This document shows, piece by piece, positions 59,803 to 64,000 of a DNA stretch of 64,000 nucleotides; within the stretch, counting starts at the first letter, position 1; every line of letters starts with the position of its first letter. The DNA lies in assembly GCA_027483445.1 (NCBI GenBank), contig JAIXUS010000005.1, positions 140,927 to 204,926 on the forward strand, written 5' to 3'. Position numbers and translations under genes: made by a program. This DNA is from Bacteroidota bacterium. GTDB taxonomy: Bacteria > Bacteroidota > Bacteroidia > M30B66. The notes below the pieces were generated by a model, which did no database searches, had not been told where the DNA came from, and saw only the letters and a program-made list of their open reading frames with translations.

Positions 59803-60552
59803 CTATTGGCGATTGGCGCCAGCCAGAAAGTAGTATTCGCTACCATCTTGAAAATGCTGGCAAAACTTTTCAAGGGTAAGGGGTTTTTCATTTTTTAAAA
59901 AACCTCCAAGGGTGAAGGTTGAAAGCCCAAGCGATGAAAGCAGGCTAAACATGGCTTCAGGCCTGGCCTCGTAGTATTCGGCCGAACCTAAGCCAAACTC
60001 AAAAAGAATGTAGGGCATGCAGCTTTCAATGAGTGAAGTTCCTCCGGCAATTACATCCAGTTCTCCGCCTTCCACATCAATCTTAATTAACTTGATCTTG
60101 TTGGGAATCTCTTTACCGACAAGGTCATCCAACCGCTTTACCTCTACCTCTATTTCAATGATTTCGGGAGCTTCAACTGCGTAGTTTCTTCTTCGTAGCC
60201 CGCTATATGCCGGAGCGTTTTTTACCCATGAAAAACAGGCTTTTCCCGGCGCTTTGCCCAAAGCATAAGGGAAAATTCGCATGCGCTGTCCATATTTTGA
60301 TTTCAACCGCATTTGTAAATCCGGAATCGGCTCGAATCCACTGTGGGTGCCCTTTGGCGAACAGGCTAACATCCAATCGCTGAACTCGCCTTTGTGGCAC
60401 CCAATGTCGAGGCAATTGTCGCCATCGTGGATAATTTGACGCATGATAAGCCAGGCCTGGCGATCATACTGCATATTCCGGGTAAGCGGCAATCCCGAAC
60501 GAATAAGCCAGGGCTTGAGGGTACGCTTTAAAAACTCTCTGAATACGCTCAT
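59803..60552 (-). CDS. FkbM family SAM-dependent methyltransferase
   Basis: LDIGCHKG, FEP, VKRLDD and LIKIDVEGGE. Confidence 0.92.
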   Translation of the reverse strand: MSVFREFLKRTLKPWLIRSGLPLTRNMQYDRQAWLIMRQIIHDGDNCLDIGCHKGEFSDWMLACSPKGTHSGFEPIPDLQMRLKSKYGQRMRIFPYALGKAPGKACFSWVKNAPAYSGLRRRNYAVEAPEIIEIEVEVKRLDDLVGKEIPNKIKLIKIDVEGGELDVIAGGTSLIESCMPYILFEFGLGSAEYYEARPEAMFSLLSSLGLSTFTLGGFLKNEKPLTLEKFCQHFQDGSEYYFLAGANRQ

Positions 60553-61991
60553 TGTTTGACGATTGGCGTTTGTCCGACCACCACACCATTTTTATCGAGA
60601 TACAGAATTCTATACAGACCCCGCGAATGCTGCGAAATATCAAGTTCTTCCAGCTCAGATTGAATGATTCTAGTTTGCAGCGTCCTGCCATCTACACCAA
60701 TAAGTTTCAGCATGGTCGCATTCTCCGGAAAGCGCACCTTAAAAATGCCCGTAGAACTGGGGTTGGGAAAGGCCATTACTGACTTATCGCTTTTTTCAAG
60801 CACCTTGATTCCGACCTGTACCGGAACATTGTTGCAATCGAAATCGGCCTTGCTGAAGGCAATGCTGGTTTGACCAGGCGCAAACTCCTCTGAGGTGCCA
60901 ACAAAGCCAAAGCCATCGCTCGCTAAAACAATGGTCGAAACGTCGCTATCGTCGGCCCCAGGGTACACAAACGTGCATTGTAGTATGGGGTCGGGCGTGA
61001 ACCGAAAAGCCGCCGCTCTAATCAGGGTGTTGTCCTTGTAATTAATCGCCACCACAAAGGCATTCACTGCCTCAAGATAGGCGAGATCGCGAATCTCAAA
61101 GCTTTGACCGGGGTCTGAGGAAGATGAAAAAGTAGTGAGCATGTCCCCATTTTGACGATCCATCAGGTGAATCTTCGTTTGGAATTGATCGGGACCAAGC
61201 AAGGTATTGCCCACCACAAATAAGTCGCCACCCGGAACCGGAAGCAGTCCAACCAAATGGTCATCCTCCGAAAAAGCATGCATCCTTTCCTGAATCAACT
61301 CGCCGTCTGCTGTCCACCAGGACAAATGGTAGTCGTTGCTATTGTTGCTTGGGTTGAAGCGCGAACCAACCATTACAATCGTGTCGCCATCCATCGCACA
61401 AATGCCACCTGCACGCTGAGCCTCAGTTCCGGGAAGCACCTCATTCCAAAGCACATTGCCATCCGCCGATAGGCGCAAAAGCTGCATATTCCCGTTCGAA
61501 GACTCAGCCCCAAATGTTTGCAAGCAAATGGCCAGGGAGCCATCGCTTAGCTCGGTTGCCGACCTGAAAAAATCCCAATCTGAACTGCCCTCAACACGTT
61601 CCCAAAGCACAGCTCCACTTTCATCAATCAGAATAAGTCGTACATTATAGTCGCCATCGAGCCCAGTTGCGGTATTGCCACACACCAAAACATTCCCATT
61701 TTGGAGGCGAAGTAAATCGACAGCCTGATCGCTGTATTCGCCACCATAGAGCTTAAACCACTGTTGCTCTCCAAGCGAATCGGTTTTAATAACAACCATA
61801 TCGCCGTTTTGTGATTCCCAGCCTCCGGTTGAACCCAAAATGAGGAAGCCATTGTCGGAAACTTCAACAGCGGCAGCGCCTTGATTAAAGGCTCCATAAG
61901 CTCCATAAGTTCTGTTGAATAGGTTTTGGGCTTCACCAGAAAAGCCCATCAACAGGTACACTAAACCCAAAATCTGTCCAATGCTCTTCAT
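60549..61991 (-). CDS. T9SS type-A cargo protein with beta-propeller-like repeats
   Basis: Signal peptide GEA-Q; repeats KTDSLG.QQW.K.YGG, D.SG.VLW and S.DG.VLW; CTD FPNPS..DGR..GLY. Confidence 0.82.
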   Translation of the reverse strand: MKSIGQILGLVYLLMGFSGEAQNLFNRTYGAYGAFNQGAAAVEVSDNGFLILGSTGGWESQNGDMVVIKTDSLGEQQWFKLYGGEYSDQAVDLLRLQNGNVLVCGNTATGLDGDYNVRLILIDESGAVLWERVEGSSDWDFFRSATELSDGSLAICLQTFGAESSNGNMQLLRLSADGNVLWNEVLPGTEAQRAGGICAMDGDTIVMVGSRFNPSNNSNDYHLSWWTADGELIQERMHAFSEDDHLVGLLPVPGGDLFVVGNTLLGPDQFQTKIHLMDRQNGDMLTTFSSSSDPGQSFEIRDLAYLEAVNAFVVAINYKDNTLIRAAAFRFTPDPILQCTFVYPGADDSDVSTIVLASDGFGFVGTSEEFAPGQTSIAFSKADFDCNNVPVQVGIKVLEKSDKSVMAFPNPSSTGIFKVRFPENATMLKLIGVDGRTLQTRIIQSELEELDISQHSRGLYRILYLDKNGVVVGQTPIVKQ

Positions 61992-63253
61992 ATATCCAGT
62001 GCGTATCGAATAAAGATTCCATTCCCGGAGAAACGTTTCGCGCCAATCCAGCCTTCAGGGGCAAAAATAACCATGGACAGTTGATTCGCTTTGTAACGAT
62101 AAGCCATTCTAAATCTGCTATTTAAGCCGCCAAATCCGCCGTAAATGGCATCAATGCCAAGTTCGAAATGTGTGCCTAGTTGCCTGTTGTAGCCCAACGT
62201 GAACTGTGGACGCATTCCCGGAAGGGCCCGATACTCGGCTTCCAGCATCAATCGCTGGTTATGACGGGCACTGAGCTCAAATGAAACCGCCGTGTGCAGT
62301 CGAAATGGAAACAATCGCATGCCCGAAGCCTGCTCCTCATTGCCCCGCAAACGCCTTAGCAGGCTGTCGCCAAGTACAAAATTGGTGTCGTTAAACGTAA
62401 TGACATCTCCGAACCATAATCCCGTAAACCGGAATGATGTATCTCTTTGAATATCATTTGTTTGGTTGTTCCAATGGATGAAACCAAAATCGTTCAAAGA
62501 AGCTTCGACAAACCACTTGCGTTGGCTCACCGGCGTATAAATGAAGCGCAGATTGAGGGCAGCCCCTGCCGATGGATAATTGTTCCAGGCATTGGCCCCT
62601 GGCGACGAAGACCGAATTCTTCCCTTCCAACGCACGTCTAAAAATGTTCCCGAAGTGTCGGTGAACAGTGAGGCTTCCTCCAGCCGAACATCGCTGTTGC
62701 TTACGCCTCTCATGGCTTGTAAACCGGCCTCAAACCCCCATGTTTCAAAGCGTTTACGATACGAAAGGCGGAAGAAATTGTACCTCAACGCATAAAAGCT
62801 GCTATTGCTGAGATTGGCGCTTTGGCCAGCAAAATCTTCGTTCCCTCGAAAGGCCAAACTAAAGGCATCGTTGCTAAACCGCAAGGCAAACAAACTTTCT
62901 GTTCCCGCCGAAATCTGAAGCGCTGATCCATTGGCCTTTGCCGAACTGTCGGGGAAAAACAACGCCGATGCCGAGTAGCCAAACGCCGCTCCGAAACGGT
63001 TGTCTCCTTTGAATCTATCTTCTACGGAGGTTTTTAGAACGTCATCAATAAATCCGGGGTCGATAAATCGGTTTGAGAAAGCCGCCGGAATTGTGGTGCT
63101 TTGGGTTTGTCCGCCCGCAGAAAGGCTAAATAATGCCCGGCCGGCGGGATGAAATTCCGGTACCCGATAAATCGAGTCGCTGCGAAGAGCCTGCGCAACA
63201 CCAAAGGCTGGCAATGCCAAGCAGAAAATATAGAACAGACGTGTTTTCATCAT
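61988..63253 (-). CDS. Outer-membrane beta-barrel protein, DUF5723-like
   Basis: Signal peptide; LAFRGN, SLNDFGFIHW and YGGFG resemble DUF5723 proteins; amphipathic strands. Confidence 0.62.
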   Translation of the reverse strand: MMKTRLFYIFCLALPAFGVAQALRSDSIYRVPEFHPAGRALFSLSAGGQTQSTTIPAAFSNRFIDPGFIDDVLKTSVEDRFKGDNRFGAAFGYSASALFFPDSSAKANGSALQISAGTESLFALRFSNDAFSLAFRGNEDFAGQSANLSNSSFYALRYNFFRLSYRKRFETWGFEAGLQAMRGVSNSDVRLEEASLFTDTSGTFLDVRWKGRIRSSSPGANAWNNYPSAGAALNLRFIYTPVSQRKWFVEASLNDFGFIHWNNQTNDIQRDTSFRFTGLWFGDVITFNDTNFVLGDSLLRRLRGNEEQASGMRLFPFRLHTAVSFELSARHNQRLMLEAEYRALPGMRPQFTLGYNRQLGTHFELGIDAIYGGFGGLNSRFRMAYRYKANQLSMVIFAPEGWIGAKRFSGNGIFIRYALDI

Positions 63254-63999
63254 CGAACCTCAATGCGGTAAATGCCACGTCCGCTCAGCTGAAGCTTAAG
63301 CTTATAATGGGTGTAAACGGGTAAAAGTGTGTTCTCGGGAACGGTATTCAACCTCGACTCCACAACGATAAATCGAGTCTTTTCCAGTTTTTCGAGCTTA
63401 GCAGGACTGATATTCGTTGTGAGAACCGATTTTCGGGGCTGGGTTACTTTCAGGTCGGAATCTACCGGCGCGGCCTCGATGAGCTGGCCTCCAAAAAGTG
63501 AATCCATTCTCACCTTGTTCACATCGAGCAACCAAAGTGTAGTGCTAAGTTGATATGGAAAGCCATTCTCTGCATGCAAACGGAGCATGGCTTCCTGAAC
63601 AGGACTTTCTGTGGCTTCTTCAACGCCCTCAAATTCGAGTGTATCGCGGAATACCAAACTATTTGCTGAGAACCGAAGCGGAAGGTTCAATTGCAGCTTC
63701 ACCTTGGCATTGCTGGAGCTGTAGATAAAATCGTTTCCACTGCTGATGTTACCCAATGGATTCACCTCCGCATCAACGTCGTAATAGAGTTCATCCGGCA
63801 GTGCCTCAATAAAAGCCTTTAGGTTCGAATTGCCGGTATTGAGGCTGTAAGTCTTTTGGGTGGGAGTGTATGGCAAACCGGATTGCGGAACCTCCGAAGC
63901 GCGGGCCAGTCGCTGCGCATTTCCTATGATGGGGTGTGAAAGATTCACTTCCGTTCCGGTGGTTGACTTCCGACCTTTCAACTCGGTAATCAGAAAGGA
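63250..63999 (-). CDS. Hypothetical beta-rich protein, 5'-truncated by window edge
   Basis: Frame is open to the window end; the stop overlaps the next ATG (ATGA); EVNPLGN..DFIY and ENGFP segments. Confidence 0.72.
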   Translation of the reverse strand, partial: SFLITELKGRKSTTGTEVNLSHPIIGNAQRLARASEVPQSGLPYTPTQKTYSLNTGNSNLKAFIEALPDELYYDVDAEVNPLGNISSGNDFIYSSSNAKVKLQLNLPLRFSANSLVFRDTLEFEGVEEATESPVQEAMLRLHAENGFPYQLSTTLWLLDVNKVRMDSLFGGQLIEAAPVDSDLKVTQPRKSVLTTNISPAKLEKLEKTRFIVVESRLNTVPENTLLPVYTHYKLKLQLSGRGIYRIEVR

Positions 64000-64000
64000 G

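Noticed and set aside
10011..63253. Many signal peptides followed by Gln
   Set aside because: Known Bacteroidota pyroglutamate Q-rule; useful for taxonomy but not novel.

Overview
Ordinary-looking chromosomal window from a Bacteroidota bacterium. The assignment rests on type IX secretion (T9SS) cargo and PorP/PorE-type genes, TAnnTT(T/C)G -7 promoter boxes, and many signal peptides ending before Gln. I saw no prophage, integrase, transposase or CRISPR array. The left half (mostly + strand) holds a partial T9SS type-B cargo gene, tRNA-Gln, a DUF2723/deacetylase/acyltransferase cluster, an isolated crtI, two M43 proteases, a 2515-aa SprB-repeat adhesin with PorP and PorE-like partners, comEC, saccharopine dehydrogenase, nrnA and four tandem FKBP isomerases. 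The right half (mostly - strand) holds an Hpt protein, a ClC channel, a TonB-dependent receptor, LOG, uvrA, an aspartyl-protease/4xCBM48 gene pair, a partial Wza/Wzc polysaccharide locus, lpdA, divergent cphB/cphA (cyanophycin) and a DUF5723-like/T9SS/FkbM operon. The most notable observations are: the giant adhesin has a single Met and almost no Lys/Arg/His; an uncharacterised protease plus glycogen-binding-module pair; a TMEM260-like glycosyltransferase that is a candidate O-glycosylation initiator; tandem TAAACGTTTA palindromes at two distant sites; a 244-bp MITE-like element whose end forms a stop codon; and candidate operators at crtI, the TonB receptor and cphA. All assignments come from reading motifs by eye, with no database search.
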